Assembly (NCBI GenBank): GCA_002451465.1
Contig: DKCJ01000006.1
Span: 10,373-74,372, forward strand
Origin: Bacillales bacterium UBA6877
Lineage (GTDB): Bacteria > Bacillota_I > Bacilli_A > RFN20 > CAG-826
Reading direction: 5' to 3'
DNA length: 64,000 bases
The notes beneath the pieces were generated by a model. It made no database searches. It was not told the DNA's origin and saw only the letters and a list, made by a program, of their open reading frames with translations. Below, in pieces: positions 45,879 to 56,878 of this stretch. Made by a program: the position numbers and the translations under genes. Positions within the stretch are counted from its first letter, which is position 1. Each line of letters opens with the position of its first letter.

Positions 45879-46538
45879 TCATTCAACTTGTTCATCTTCA
45901 TATAAGCAATCTTCATGAGGTGTACAAGCATATAGAAAACTATCTTTGCCAATATCAATATTTTTATAAAGAATATAATAAATATATGTGCATCCTAATG
46001 TTTGCTCATCTTTAACAACATTAATTAGATATTCTTTAACTTCTTTATTTAAGTTAATTAATAAGGTTAAATTATTTTGTTTATTACCTAAAATAAAGAA
46101 ATCTCCTAGATAAGCATATTCTAGATTATTAATAAAAGATTTATCAAACATTGATTTAAAAACACTATTATTAATTACATCATTTACTAATCGATTGTGT
46201 AATGGCAAATATTTTCGATATAATTTCCTGATTCTTTCTATTAGTTCCTTACTTAATTCATCATCATAGCTATAATGATCAAAGTTAAAAGTTACATACT
46301 TATAATTAAATCCTTCTAAGCTTAAAGCAATAGAAACAAGATTATATAAATAAAATTTAATTGTTTCATTATTCTTTTTATCATAATGCTTTAAAGCATA
46401 TTTTCTAATTTCTAATTTTTCGTTAGTGAATTTAATAAATTCTTGGTCTTTTTCATAAGCAATATTAATAGAAAAATCAGTAGTAAGAACAATAATTTTG
46501 GCTTCGTTAGATTTTTCAAATATATTTTTAAACTTCAT
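45879..46538 (-). CDS. Hypothetical cytoplasmic protein, last gene of the lipoprotein operon
   Basis: 219 aa with no signal peptide or TM segment and no motif I recognise. Starts 9 nt after the stop of the Big_2 lipoprotein gene. Confidence 0.4.
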   Translation of the reverse strand: MKFKNIFEKSNEAKIIVLTTDFSINIAYEKDQEFIKFTNEKLEIRKYALKHYDKKNNETIKFYLYNLVSIALSLEGFNYKYVTFNFDHYSYDDELSKELIERIRKLYRKYLPLHNRLVNDVINNSVFKSMFDKSFINNLEYAYLGDFFILGNKQNNLTLLINLNKEVKEYLINVVKDEQTLGCTYIYYILYKNIDIGKDSFLYACTPHEDCLYEDEQVE

Positions 46539-46547
46539 AATGAAATT

Positions 46548-49259
46548 TTATTTATGATTTAAAGAGATTTTAAATGAATCACTATAATAACCATCATATT
46601 TAAAGGTCACTTTAAGCTTGTCTTGTCTACTATCAGTAAATTCAATTTTTGAAACATAATTACCACTTGCGTCACTAAATACAAATTTCCCATCTTTAAA
46701 TGTCCATTTGCTACTTATCGAATATTCGTCATACATTTCTACATCCTCATATGTAAAGGAAATGCTTCCACTATTACTTCCTTCATCTTTAGTAAAAGAT
46801 AAGCCTTTAATATATGTAGTATATCCAGTTTCAATACTTATATTAGAATTAAAAATCATATCTAAGATGCTTTCATCGGTCTTATCATATGAATAAAATA
46901 TTTTATCATAAGTTAAACCTGAGATGGCTTCTTTAAATGTAACTTTAACCGAACCTGCTTTTGTTGCTTTTAAAGTAAATGACCCATCTTCTTTAACATC
47001 AATTGTTGCTTCGCTAGTGTTTTCACTTAATGTTGCGCTAAATTTAACTGCAGCTTCACTTGGTGAATATGTAACTTTAGAAGAATAAGCTTCACCACTA
47101 AATAAATATGAACTACCAGAATAACTTATTTTAGTTGTTCTTGGAGTAACAGCGTTTAAAAGAACTTCTTTAGAATAATTCTTAGTTTTTACTAATATTT
47201 TATAATTTTGAACAGGTTTTACGAAACTAAATGTATTGCCCCAATAAGCTTTTCTTATATAATCTTCGCCACCAACGAATTCAAATTCAACCTTATCAAC
47301 ATCTTCATTATAAGTTGAAGGTAAAACATTGCTTAGTTCAAGGTAGACGCTTTCGCCAATATTAAATTCATTTGTTTCAACATATGTTCTATCTCTATAA
47401 GCTTTTGAAATTACATCAAATGAAGTTGCATAGAATGTTCCAAAATCAACAAGGTCACTAGTTGGAGCTTCTTTTTCACCAACATTAAGAGTTGCCTTAT
47501 AGTATGTTGTTTCATTTAAAACATATGTTGATGGAGAATCATAGTCATAACTATCTTCCCTATATTTTTCTATGGTTGCTTCAAAATTTTGAATTAAATC
47601 ATCTTTGAAATTCATTGTTAAAGAATATTTATTTCGTGTACCATAACTAGAAGTAACTGATGCAGATACTTCAACTTTATCGAAATCACCATCGCTTGTT
47701 TCATTAAATGTATAACTTCCTTCGTCAATGTTATTACTATTTAATGTACTAAACGTAAAGAAAGTATGTCTAACATAGTTTGAAAAACCAAAATAAGCAG
47801 GATATCCAACATAGGCCATAGTAGAAGATTCATTTAGAAGTTCTTCTGTTAAACTATTTTCACCAACTTTAGTTGAAGTGTATTCCATAACATCAGGATT
47901 GTCATATTTTGTTTGCCCTTTAATTTGTTCACCATTATAATTTGCAAATAAATAACTTGATTTTGAATCGGTATAAGATGATTTATTTGTTGTTTTTGTT
48001 AGAACTCTATTATCGCTATAAGCAACATAGTCATAAGTTGTCTTAGATTTTTCAACATTAGATTTGTCTACGGTAGTAACGCTTAAATTTCCGGACTTAG
48101 CAAAAAGCATTTCGTTTGCTTTTGAAGTCTCAAGTTTATTAATCAAATAACTATTATATTTTTCTTGTGGATTTATAACATTTACTTTTAATTTAAAAGT
48201 TGCTTCATCCGCTTTTATAACTACATTAACTGGTTCTTTTGTAAGTTGCTTACCAACAACCATATTTCCTTCAACGGTTACAAATAGTTCATTAGAACTT
48301 TCTAAAGTAAATTCTTGTTTTGCTGTCTTAGGTAAAACTTTAACACCTTTAAGTTCAAATTTTTCTCCTACAGCAACGCTTATTTCTTCACTTGCATATG
48401 AAACGCTGGTTGCCTTATCATATTTTTCAATAACTTGAACGCTTAAAACTTTTTTAACGTGTCCAACAGAAACTTCAACACTTGCTTCCCCAACATTAAG
48501 AGCTTTTAATAAACCTTCTTCAGTAATAGAAACAACATTAGTGTTTAAACTCTTAAATACTAATGGATAATTATTAATATTTCCTTTAACTTTTGCATTA
48601 ATTTTTAACTCACTTCCCTTAAGTAAAGCAAAATCATCACTACAATCAAGAGTTAAGCTTAAATCGGAAGATTGTTGTAAAATTGTAATTGAAATTTCGT
48701 TACTCTTAACTTCACCTAATTGAGCATAGATTTTGCATACACCTTCTTTTAAAGCAACAAAATTTAAATCTTTATCAATTTTGCCTAAGGAAGGATCACT
48801 TAATACAAAGGTTACATCACTTGCTGAACCATTCTCAACTTCAAGATTGACCTTAATAGTTTCACCGACTTCAATGCTACTTTCACTAAATTCTTTTAAA
48901 GTAAGTTTTGTAACTTTTTTTGCGTTAACTGTAAAACTTACTTCATTACTCTTAACACCATTTGATTCAGCATAAACTGATGCTTTCCCTTCTTTAAGAG
49001 CAATTACTTTACCATTTTGCGTAACACTTAAAACACTAGTATCGGTTGAATACCAGTTAATAACTGCTTCATCTTCAAGATTTTCTGTTTTTACTGTAAG
49101 AGTTAAAGATTCACCAACTTCTAATAAAGTTTTCTCAGCCGCAATCTTAATCTCTAATACTGTTCCAACAGGATTATTTTTATTATCACATCCTACTGTT
49201 GTAACACCTAAAAGTGCAGTTAAAGCTAATGCACCAACTAATAAACGTCTTTTTTTCAT
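46548..49259 (-). CDS. Large surface lipoprotein with 4-5 Big_2 (bacterial Ig-like) domains
   Basis: Signal peptide plus lipobox MKKRRLLVGALALTALLGVTTVGC. Four tandem ~80-aa repeats of the Big_2 pattern (e.g. LEVGESLTLTV...VINWYSTDTSVLSVTQNGKVIALKEGKASVYA...), a fifth near the C-terminus, and a ~350-aa central region of unknown fold. Start at ATG 49259, behind GGAGGAG. Confidence 0.7.
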   Translation of the reverse strand: MKKRRLLVGALALTALLGVTTVGCDNKNNPVGTVLEIKIAAEKTLLEVGESLTLTVKTENLEDEAVINWYSTDTSVLSVTQNGKVIALKEGKASVYAESNGVKSNEVSFTVNAKKVTKLTLKEFSESSIEVGETIKVNLEVENGSASDVTFVLSDPSLGKIDKDLNFVALKEGVCKIYAQLGEVKSNEISITILQQSSDLSLTLDCSDDFALLKGSELKINAKVKGNINNYPLVFKSLNTNVVSITEEGLLKALNVGEASVEVSVGHVKKVLSVQVIEKYDKATSVSYASEEISVAVGEKFELKGVKVLPKTAKQEFTLESSNELFVTVEGNMVVGKQLTKEPVNVVIKADEATFKLKVNVINPQEKYNSYLINKLETSKANEMLFAKSGNLSVTTVDKSNVEKSKTTYDYVAYSDNRVLTKTTNKSSYTDSKSSYLFANYNGEQIKGQTKYDNPDVMEYTSTKVGENSLTEELLNESSTMAYVGYPAYFGFSNYVRHTFFTFSTLNSNNIDEGSYTFNETSDGDFDKVEVSASVTSSYGTRNKYSLTMNFKDDLIQNFEATIEKYREDSYDYDSPSTYVLNETTYYKATLNVGEKEAPTSDLVDFGTFYATSFDVISKAYRDRTYVETNEFNIGESVYLELSNVLPSTYNEDVDKVEFEFVGGEDYIRKAYWGNTFSFVKPVQNYKILVKTKNYSKEVLLNAVTPRTTKISYSGSSYLFSGEAYSSKVTYSPSEAAVKFSATLSENTSEATIDVKEDGSFTLKATKAGSVKVTFKEAISGLTYDKIFYSYDKTDESILDMIFNSNISIETGYTTYIKGLSFTKDEGSNSGSISFTYEDVEMYDEYSISSKWTFKDGKFVFSDASGNYVSKIEFTDSRQDKLKVTFKYDGYYSDSFKISLNHK

Positions 49260-49261
49260 AA

Positions 49262-50659
49262 TTATTTCTCCTCCACCCAACTTGGGATTGTAGTTTTTCC
49301 AACATTTATAAATCGTAAAGAATATTCTCTACTTACATCATAACCTTGAGAATCAACATCGTAGAATCCAACGACCATCGAATCTATTTTGCCATCACTT
49401 GTTAAAGTAATTTCTGCTTTGTTACCATTACCAATTGTGAAATCTCTTATTTGATAACAACCTGGAAGTATCGCATTGCCAAGATAAGCTTTTACATAAG
49501 AATCACTTACAACGTATTTGTTATTTTCCTCATCATATTCAAATAATTTAGGATCAACCATTGTCGCTTTTGTATCAAGATCAGAATATTTTTTTGGTTT
49601 GACATTATATGATTGTGAATAAATTGGTTCATTGTAATCCCAAACATTTGTTGTTTCGTTAAAATCATAAAGGTAAAGTAAATCATCAGATTTATTTAAA
49701 TCCTTCTTATAATAAAGATCATATTTACGAGAAGTATCATTTAAATGTTGTTGATGATAAATTGCATTCCCACCATCAAAATACCAATAAGAATCATAGT
49801 CGGTATTGGCTTGATCGCCTTGATAATGTTCATTAATAACAATTGTGTAGTTATTACCCAATTCAGTTAAAGCCTTTTTTAATGCTGCTTCTTTTACGCT
49901 ATTTTTACTCTTGTGAGGTTTTGCACCATCAAAAATAGCATCACCAACATTTTCAAAAATCACATTCATTTCATAGTTAACATAAACTGGAATATAAAGT
50001 CCAGTGTAGGCATCTTCATAACGTGATTCGAATTGCTTTGCTTTAAAACTAAGATTTTTAACACCACTATCTTCTATTAAAAAAGAAGCCGATTCAAGTT
50101 CATAACTTATTCCAACTAAATATTTTGCAAAAAATGTTAATTTATCATTATTTAAATAAGCTACTAACTCTTTATTGTCTCCATTTTTATTTTCAACTAC
50201 TTTAAAATCTTTTGCTGTTAAATATTCAAAAGGGTTTGGAAAATTCTTATCATAAATCATTTTATAACCATTAGAATCAGTGGCTTCTGTTAAGAATACT
50301 TCGTTCTTATAATTAATGCCCTCTAATGAAGCATACCCTCTTTCATTTTTAACATATTTTATTGTTGCAGTTTGAGTACCTTCGCTAGTTTGTTGAACTA
50401 ATGTTTCACTAAAAGATGGTCTATCGCCTCTTAAAGAAGTTATATTATATTGATATTCATTAGTAAACATCTCGTTCCCATTAGTTTTAGAAACAACTTC
50501 TTTTTCGACTGCTTTAATCTTATAAGAATTTTTTGCTTTTGTTAAAAATTCAACAAAGGCTTCTGGTACTTCTTGATTACTATCATTATTAGAAAATACA
50601 CAACTACTTAATGATGTTATAGTTAATAAACTTAATATTAATAAATTTTTTATTTTCAT
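49262..50659 (-). CDS. Lipoprotein of unknown function, paralog B
   Basis: MKIKNLLILSLLTITSLSSC lipobox. Shares blocks with the upstream paralog (GY.S...INYKNEV, NPF, NVGD, YFDG). RBS AGGAGG present. Confidence 0.6.
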   Translation of the reverse strand: MKIKNLLILSLLTITSLSSCVFSNNDSNQEVPEAFVEFLTKAKNSYKIKAVEKEVVSKTNGNEMFTNEYQYNITSLRGDRPSFSETLVQQTSEGTQTATIKYVKNERGYASLEGINYKNEVFLTEATDSNGYKMIYDKNFPNPFEYLTAKDFKVVENKNGDNKELVAYLNNDKLTFFAKYLVGISYELESASFLIEDSGVKNLSFKAKQFESRYEDAYTGLYIPVYVNYEMNVIFENVGDAIFDGAKPHKSKNSVKEAALKKALTELGNNYTIVINEHYQGDQANTDYDSYWYFDGGNAIYHQQHLNDTSRKYDLYYKKDLNKSDDLLYLYDFNETTNVWDYNEPIYSQSYNVKPKKYSDLDTKATMVDPKLFEYDEENNKYVVSDSYVKAYLGNAILPGCYQIRDFTIGNGNKAEITLTSDGKIDSMVVGFYDVDSQGYDVSREYSLRFINVGKTTIPSWVEEK

Positions 50660-50670
50660 ATTTTGTCCTC

Positions 50671-52026
50671 CTATAAATCAAATTCAGGCAACTTTGTAGT
50701 ACCTAAATCTAAGTATCGTGCAACATATGTTACTTCAATATATTGTGACGAGGAATATGGAAAATAAAAATCAACTGATACTTCAATTCCGGTTGTTATT
50801 GATTTTATTTTTGCATTAATTCCATATCCAAGCGAAAAATATGATAAATTTTCAGCATCCGAAAAGAAACCTTCACCCATAAAAGCTACAGCGTATTCGT
50901 TATTACAATTATAATAGCCGCCAGCATCTTTATTATAACCAAATAAATATGGAGACACTTCTTTCAAATGTGGAATAAACATTGATTTATCTTGTGGCTC
51001 AATATTATAACTAGAAGAAGAAGTATTACTGCTTTTTACCCATAATTTAGATGATTCATCATATTTATATTCATAAAGCAAACCATCGTTATTAAATGGA
51101 TCAACATGATATAAATAGTTCTTTGTCTTGTCTTCTTTGTCCATTTCTATGTAATAAGACTCACCATCAAAATAACTTGTTTTTTTATTAAGCAAAGAAC
51201 CATCAGCTTTTAAATACATACTTGTTTCAAGAGTAAAATTTTCACCAACTTTATTTAAAGCTTCTATAACGCCAATGTTATTATTTTCTTCGCTAACTTT
51301 AGGTGAATCAAGTTTAACATCACCAACATTATTAATTGTTAAATTGTTTTCATAAGTCCAAGTACATGGATAATAATACCCAGTTTCAGTATCTTTTGTT
51401 GTTCCAGTAAACAATGATGAAATAGTTTTAATATTTTTTAAAACACCATCATAAAAGGTGAACTCTAATGATTTTAATGGTTGAGAATTACCTGTTAAAT
51501 AATAATCAAATAAATCAATCTTATCTTTAAATAAGGAATATATTTTTTTACTTCCTTCACTTTTAACTTCAGTTAAATCATCTTCTTCGATTAAAAAGAA
51601 TGGATTTAAAAAATAATCATCATAAGATGAATAATATCCTTCATCATTTATAACTCTATAATAATCAACTTCATTTTTATAATTTATATACTTTTGAGAA
51701 ATATAACCTTCTTTATCTTTAACAACGGAAATTTCAGAAGATTCATATTTACCATTATATGGATAAGTATACTTTTGATAGACACCAATATTTTCATTAC
51801 TATTTTCAAACGAATAATCGTATGAATACTGGTTTCTAAAGATCTCGGTTTTATCTAAAGAAAGACATATTTGCTCTTTTACCCCTTCCATATGAAAGCC
51901 ATTTCTTAAATTCAATATAGCTTGCTCTAATTCAGATTTAGGTTCGTCTATGGTATTTTCTGAATTATTTACACAACTACTCAGTGCGACTAACGACACT
52001 AATAAAATTATTTTTTTAAACTTCAC
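50671..52026 (-). CDS. Lipoprotein of unknown function, paralog A
   Basis: (GTG start) MKFKKIILLVSLVALSSC lipobox; RBS GGGGAGG 7 nt upstream; homologous to 49262..50659. Confidence 0.6.
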   Translation of the reverse strand: MKFKKIILLVSLVALSSCVNNSENTIDEPKSELEQAILNLRNGFHMEGVKEQICLSLDKTEIFRNQYSYDYSFENSNENIGVYQKYTYPYNGKYESSEISVVKDKEGYISQKYINYKNEVDYYRVINDEGYYSSYDDYFLNPFFLIEEDDLTEVKSEGSKKIYSLFKDKIDLFDYYLTGNSQPLKSLEFTFYDGVLKNIKTISSLFTGTTKDTETGYYYPCTWTYENNLTINNVGDVKLDSPKVSEENNNIGVIEALNKVGENFTLETSMYLKADGSLLNKKTSYFDGESYYIEMDKEDKTKNYLYHVDPFNNDGLLYEYKYDESSKLWVKSSNTSSSSYNIEPQDKSMFIPHLKEVSPYLFGYNKDAGGYYNCNNEYAVAFMGEGFFSDAENLSYFSLGYGINAKIKSITTGIEVSVDFYFPYSSSQYIEVTYVARYLDLGTTKLPEFDL

Positions 52027-52222
52027 TATACAGCCTCCCCGAATCTACTATTATATATAAAACAATATATAAAGTATGTCAAAAAATATATTTTTAATGA
52101 AATTTTAATATATTTTTATTCATAATTCCTAAATTTTGTGGAAGGTATAATTAATTAATAAACGATAAAATTCATAGTTCCTTAAAGAAAATAATCGATA
52201 AAAAGACTAACAATTATATATA

Positions 52223-54784
52223 TTATTTATCAATACAAAAATCAAATTCACCAGCACCAGCTTCGTAAATTTTATTATTCAAAACAATTTTAGCCTTTGT
52301 ATTTGAGGGAATACTTATATGATATTCCACCTTGTCTTTATTAATTTTCCAACTACTTTTTACTAATCCATAAATACTCAAATAACTAGATTCAGCAAAA
52401 GTAAATTTCCCACCAATGATTGGATTAATTAAAAATTCATTTTCATTCACTACATTAATACCACACATTCTTGAGATAATCCATTCGACTACCGCGCCTT
52501 TAGAATAATGATCAAGGGACGCAATACCTTTTTGTGCACTAGTGCCTTCCCAACTTTCCCAAATGGTATTTGCCCCCATTTTGGTCATAAATAACCAACC
52601 TGGCATTTTTTCATTTTCTAGCAACCTATAAGCATATTCAATATTCATATCTTCTAATACATATAAAATAAAAGGTGTCGATAAAAATCCAGTCCCTAAT
52701 TTCCAATCATAAAAGTCTAAAGCTTTCAAAAGTCTTTCTTTAGCATATTTTGTTTCTTCTTCATCTAATAAACCCATATATAATGGCCTAACTAATTTAG
52801 ATTGTCGATTAGTATCTAAACTAAATTTAGGACATTTAACTAATTGCTCATAAGATATTTTTACTTTATCACTATATTCTTTAAATAACTTTGCGTCGTT
52901 ATCTTTATTAAGCTCTTTTGATATTTCAATCATCTTATTTAACACAAAATAAACATATGCCGTTCCTTCTTCTGGATGAGGTGAAGCAAAATCTTTAAAG
53001 CTTGTTATATAAACATCAGTTGGTTCGGCCCATTCTCCATAACTTTGTCCATAATTATGAATATATTTATTATATTTTCTTTTTAAACCTGTCCTTGCAG
53101 CTGTTATATACCATTTACCTAACTTATTTAACTTATATAAAACATATTTTTTCATTGATTCATAATTTTGAGCAAGAATTCTTTTATCACCATAATGTTT
53201 AAATATGTAATAAGGTATAAGTACTCCAGCATCTGACCAACCAGCCGATCCATCCATAGGTTTCATATAAAAATCAACCCCGCCTTCTGGATTAATTTGC
53301 CTATAACATCCATTTTTATGTTGACCATCTTTCATGTCATTTATATATTTTCTTGCAAATGGAACATAATTAAATAAATAAGATGCTGTTTTTGTAAATA
53401 TTTGTGCATCCCCAGTCCAACCATGTCTTTCCCTTGTTGGACAATCTGTTGGAACATCTGCATGATTATTTTTTGCAGACCAACGAGTCGCATCAACAAA
53501 TTTATTTAAAAGTTCATTGCTAGATTTAAATTCTAAAGTTTCTTCCATTGAAGAATAAACCGCAATTGCCTCAAAATCATCTTTATTCCAAGAGACATCA
53601 CCTTCAACTAATACATATTGAAAGCCAAAAATCGCAAATTTTGTTTTATATTCATTTACGCCATCCTTTAAAAAAACTGTTACTTCTTGACGTGGAGTAA
53701 TCTTGGTACCCTTTTTATTTCTACATTGGATGTTTGTTTGAGTAAATTCCCCATCTTTATCAAACATTTCTCCAAAGCGAAATTTAATTATTTCCCCTTT
53801 TTTTCCATTTATTTTAAAAGAAATATAACCAGCAATATTTTGACCAAAATCTAAAACTTTCTTTTCACTTTTTGTGGTAATAACTTTTTGAACTTTAAAT
53901 ATTTCATGTTCTTCAAGATTAACATTATTTGAAGCCTTAGGAACTACCTTACATTTTGTTTCTTTTGCTTTAAATGCATAACTAGGTTTTAAATTCATAT
54001 CAAAAATTTCACCATCTTGATTATCTGCAAAGCGAATACTCCCATCATTTGACCATGACCACGAACTATCAGTTCCTAAAGTTGTTTTATTATTATCTAA
54101 ATCAATATATTCAAGTTGAATAAATAATTTCGTTTGAGTTCCGTATTGGTTTTTTATACCCCATGCCCCACAACTACCTCTATACCACCCATCAGCAAGT
54201 TCAGCTTCAATTATATTTTTACCTTCTTTTAAATAATTTGAAATATCATAAGTTTGTAGTTGGATTCTCTTACGATAATCTGTGTGACCAGGAGCTAAAA
54301 CAAAACTACCTACTCTTTTTCCGTTTATTTTAACTTCATAAAGACCACAAGCAGTTGCGTAAAGTCTAGCTTTTTTAATTTTTGGAACAGTTATTTCTTT
54401 CTTAAAACAATCAACAGGATATCTCTTGTTTTTGTTTACAAAATAATTTCCTCTAATCCATTTCGCTTTAAAATCATCTTTATTGAGTAAAGACATCTCA
54501 AAAGAGGCTTTTTCGGATTCTTCTCCTTTTATATCATTTTCATTCCATAAAGTAACTTTCCAAATAATATGGTCACCTGAATGAAGTTCTTCAGGAAAAG
54601 AAACGGACATTGTAGAAGAATTTACTTTTTTTGAATCATAAACTAATTCGTTATCTTTATAAGCTACTACTCTATATGCGGTTTGCTTTTTATCTCCTAA
54701 TGCGTTCCAAGATAATAATGGATTTTTAATATCAATTCCAATTGGATTTACTAAAAATTCAGTTCTTAAATTTATTGCTTTCAT
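52223..54784 (-). CDS. Alpha-L-rhamnosidase (GH78)
   Basis: N-terminus LRTEFLVNPIGIDIKNPLLSWN, catalytic (alpha/alpha)6 region DVPTDCPTRERHGWTGDAQIF and WSDAGV blocks; 853 aa. Confidence 0.85.
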   Translation of the reverse strand: MKAINLRTEFLVNPIGIDIKNPLLSWNALGDKKQTAYRVVAYKDNELVYDSKKVNSSTMSVSFPEELHSGDHIIWKVTLWNENDIKGEESEKASFEMSLLNKDDFKAKWIRGNYFVNKNKRYPVDCFKKEITVPKIKKARLYATACGLYEVKINGKRVGSFVLAPGHTDYRKRIQLQTYDISNYLKEGKNIIEAELADGWYRGSCGAWGIKNQYGTQTKLFIQLEYIDLDNNKTTLGTDSSWSWSNDGSIRFADNQDGEIFDMNLKPSYAFKAKETKCKVVPKASNNVNLEEHEIFKVQKVITTKSEKKVLDFGQNIAGYISFKINGKKGEIIKFRFGEMFDKDGEFTQTNIQCRNKKGTKITPRQEVTVFLKDGVNEYKTKFAIFGFQYVLVEGDVSWNKDDFEAIAVYSSMEETLEFKSSNELLNKFVDATRWSAKNNHADVPTDCPTRERHGWTGDAQIFTKTASYLFNYVPFARKYINDMKDGQHKNGCYRQINPEGGVDFYMKPMDGSAGWSDAGVLIPYYIFKHYGDKRILAQNYESMKKYVLYKLNKLGKWYITAARTGLKRKYNKYIHNYGQSYGEWAEPTDVYITSFKDFASPHPEEGTAYVYFVLNKMIEISKELNKDNDAKLFKEYSDKVKISYEQLVKCPKFSLDTNRQSKLVRPLYMGLLDEEETKYAKERLLKALDFYDWKLGTGFLSTPFILYVLEDMNIEYAYRLLENEKMPGWLFMTKMGANTIWESWEGTSAQKGIASLDHYSKGAVVEWIISRMCGINVVNENEFLINPIIGGKFTFAESSYLSIYGLVKSSWKINKDKVEYHISIPSNTKAKIVLNNKIYEAGAGEFDFCIDK

Positions 54785-55007
54785 ATTTTATTTCTCCCAT
54801 AATTTCATAGCTTTTACCAAACATTAGATTTCTATTTTTTCTAAGCCATGTTTTTTGTTATCGATTTTAATATATTAATTTAAAACACCTTCATTTTCTA
54901 AAACTATTTATAAACTTATAATGTTTAAAATTTAAATAACTTATCATTTATTTCTTGATACATAAAAGACTTAGAAAACTCTTTTTCAATATCCTTTTCA
55001 TAATTAT

Positions 55008-56867
55008 TTAGGCATTTTCTAATTCTTTTTTTATTTTAGCTCTAAAAGAAGCACCATATGCACTTTCTTTTGCCCAGGCCTCTTCTTCTTTTTCTCGATG
55101 TAACTTTTCTTTTAATAGAAGTTTTTCTTGTTTATCTTTTGGAAGTTTATTAAATTTATCTAATTTTTTCTTTTCCAATTTCGCAAGTTTTAACTTTTCT
55201 TTTTCCTCTTTGAGAGCCTTTTTCTTATCAAGGTTAAGTTTTTTTGTAGTTACTTTGTTTTTATGTTTATTTAATTCTTCTTCATAATTTAAACCTTTTT
55301 TCTCACATTTTTCTTTTAAAGAAATAGCAAAAGCTTCTTCATTTTCAAGCATATATTTTTCTTCATCTTGAATAGCTTTCACTTCTGGTTCAACCCAAAC
55401 TTCATTTCTTGCTAAACATTCAGCTTTATGGAATGCACGTATTTCAGCTTGCTTTTTATTAATCGTTTTTTCAACATTTAAGAATAATAAAATGAAGGCA
55501 ATAAATAATCCTGTTATAGTTTCTAATCCAACAAAAGCAAAAGTAATAAGATTTTTGCAAAATTCATTTTGCTCATAAACCTTAATAACACCATCAATCA
55601 TTTCTGGAGCTTGATATCCAGATGATGATAAAAATCCATTAAATACAGCAGTAGCGACACCAATTGTTGTAACAGCTAAAATATTATAAATCGACATTGC
55701 CGTTCCATCACATCTTATACCTGACTTCCATTCAAGATTATCGAGCCCATCAGCAAAGAGAGCCATAAAAACATATGCCGAAGGAAGCGAGCCAAGATTT
55801 TTAATAAATTGACCACCAATTACAATACCCATATCATTAGGAACAAGCCAGCATATTGCTGAACCTAAAGACATAATAAGGAAACCAATTAAAGTAATAT
55901 TTCTTTTACCAAATTTTTTAGCAAGTGGCCATACAGCAAAAATACCAATACCCATTGGAATACCACCAACTACCGAAACAAGAGTTTGGGTTATTCCATC
56001 GTTATAAGTTCCCAAAACAAAATTACAATAATAAACAAGACCTAAATTTTTTAAAGAAGAAGCAAATGTAGAAATGAAGAAATAAACAAACATGATAATC
56101 ATGTATCTATCAGTTAAAACAATTTTTAATTGTGTTAAGAAAGGAACCTTTTTTTCTTCTCTTCCGATACTTTCTTCACTAACACGTTCTTTTGTGTAGT
56201 AATATTCAAGCAAGGTAAATGGAAGGGCTAAAATAGAAAGGATCGACATACAAATTAACCAAGAATTTCTATTTACACCTAAAATTGGCATAACAACCAT
56301 TGGGAATATAAGAGCAACAATTATGCCACTCATCATAATTGTTGTAACTTGATTAAAGACTGATAATCCACCTCTTTGTATCGTATTTCTAGTAGATAAA
56401 GGACACATTAAATTGTGACTCATATTAAATATCGTATAGGAAAACGAATAAAATAAGTTGTATGAAACTATAATCCAAATAACTTCAACTGTCTCATTAC
56501 TTGTTGGAACAGTAAATAAGAGTATTCCAGAAATAACAAGTAAAGGGGCTGAAACTAAAATCCAAGGACGCGCTTTCCCTTGTTTAGTTTTCGTTCTATC
56601 AATGATATAACCCATAATAATGTTTGTAACAGCATCAATAATTTTCGAAATTAATGGGAAAATAATTAAAAACAAACCACCCCATATAGATGTAAGTTTT
56701 AATACATCAGTGTAAAAAACATTTAAATATGTCGCTAAAACAGCGTTCAAAAGCAACGCACCTGCTGGTCCTAAAAGATAACCAAACCATCTTTCTTTGT
56801 TTGTGACATTTCTTCCATGAACTTTACTATCAAAGAATTTTCTATCAATTAACTTTGTTCTTTCCAT
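55008..56867 (-). CDS. GPH-family (MelB-like) glycoside:cation symporter with ~150-aa K/E-rich C-terminal tail
   Basis: [18 protein letters not shown]...[13 protein letters not shown] is the GPH signature (D-R-T-x-x-x-G-K-x-R-P). 12 TM segments, then a charged coiled-coil-like tail. Confidence 0.8.
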   Translation of the reverse strand: MERTKLIDRKFFDSKVHGRNVTNKERWFGYLLGPAGALLLNAVLATYLNVFYTDVLKLTSIWGGLFLIIFPLISKIIDAVTNIIMGYIIDRTKTKQGKARPWILVSAPLLVISGILLFTVPTSNETVEVIWIIVSYNLFYSFSYTIFNMSHNLMCPLSTRNTIQRGGLSVFNQVTTIMMSGIIVALIFPMVVMPILGVNRNSWLICMSILSILALPFTLLEYYYTKERVSEESIGREEKKVPFLTQLKIVLTDRYMIIMFVYFFISTFASSLKNLGLVYYCNFVLGTYNDGITQTLVSVVGGIPMGIGIFAVWPLAKKFGKRNITLIGFLIMSLGSAICWLVPNDMGIVIGGQFIKNLGSLPSAYVFMALFADGLDNLEWKSGIRCDGTAMSIYNILAVTTIGVATAVFNGFLSSSGYQAPEMIDGVIKVYEQNEFCKNLITFAFVGLETITGLFIAFILLFLNVEKTINKKQAEIRAFHKAECLARNEVWVEPEVKAIQDEEKYMLENEEAFAISLKEKCEKKGLNYEEELNKHKNKVTTKKLNLDKKKALKEEKEKLKLAKLEKKKLDKFNKLPKDKQEKLLLKEKLHREKEEEAWAKESAYGASFRAKIKKELENA

Positions 56868-56878
56868 ATTTATTCTCC

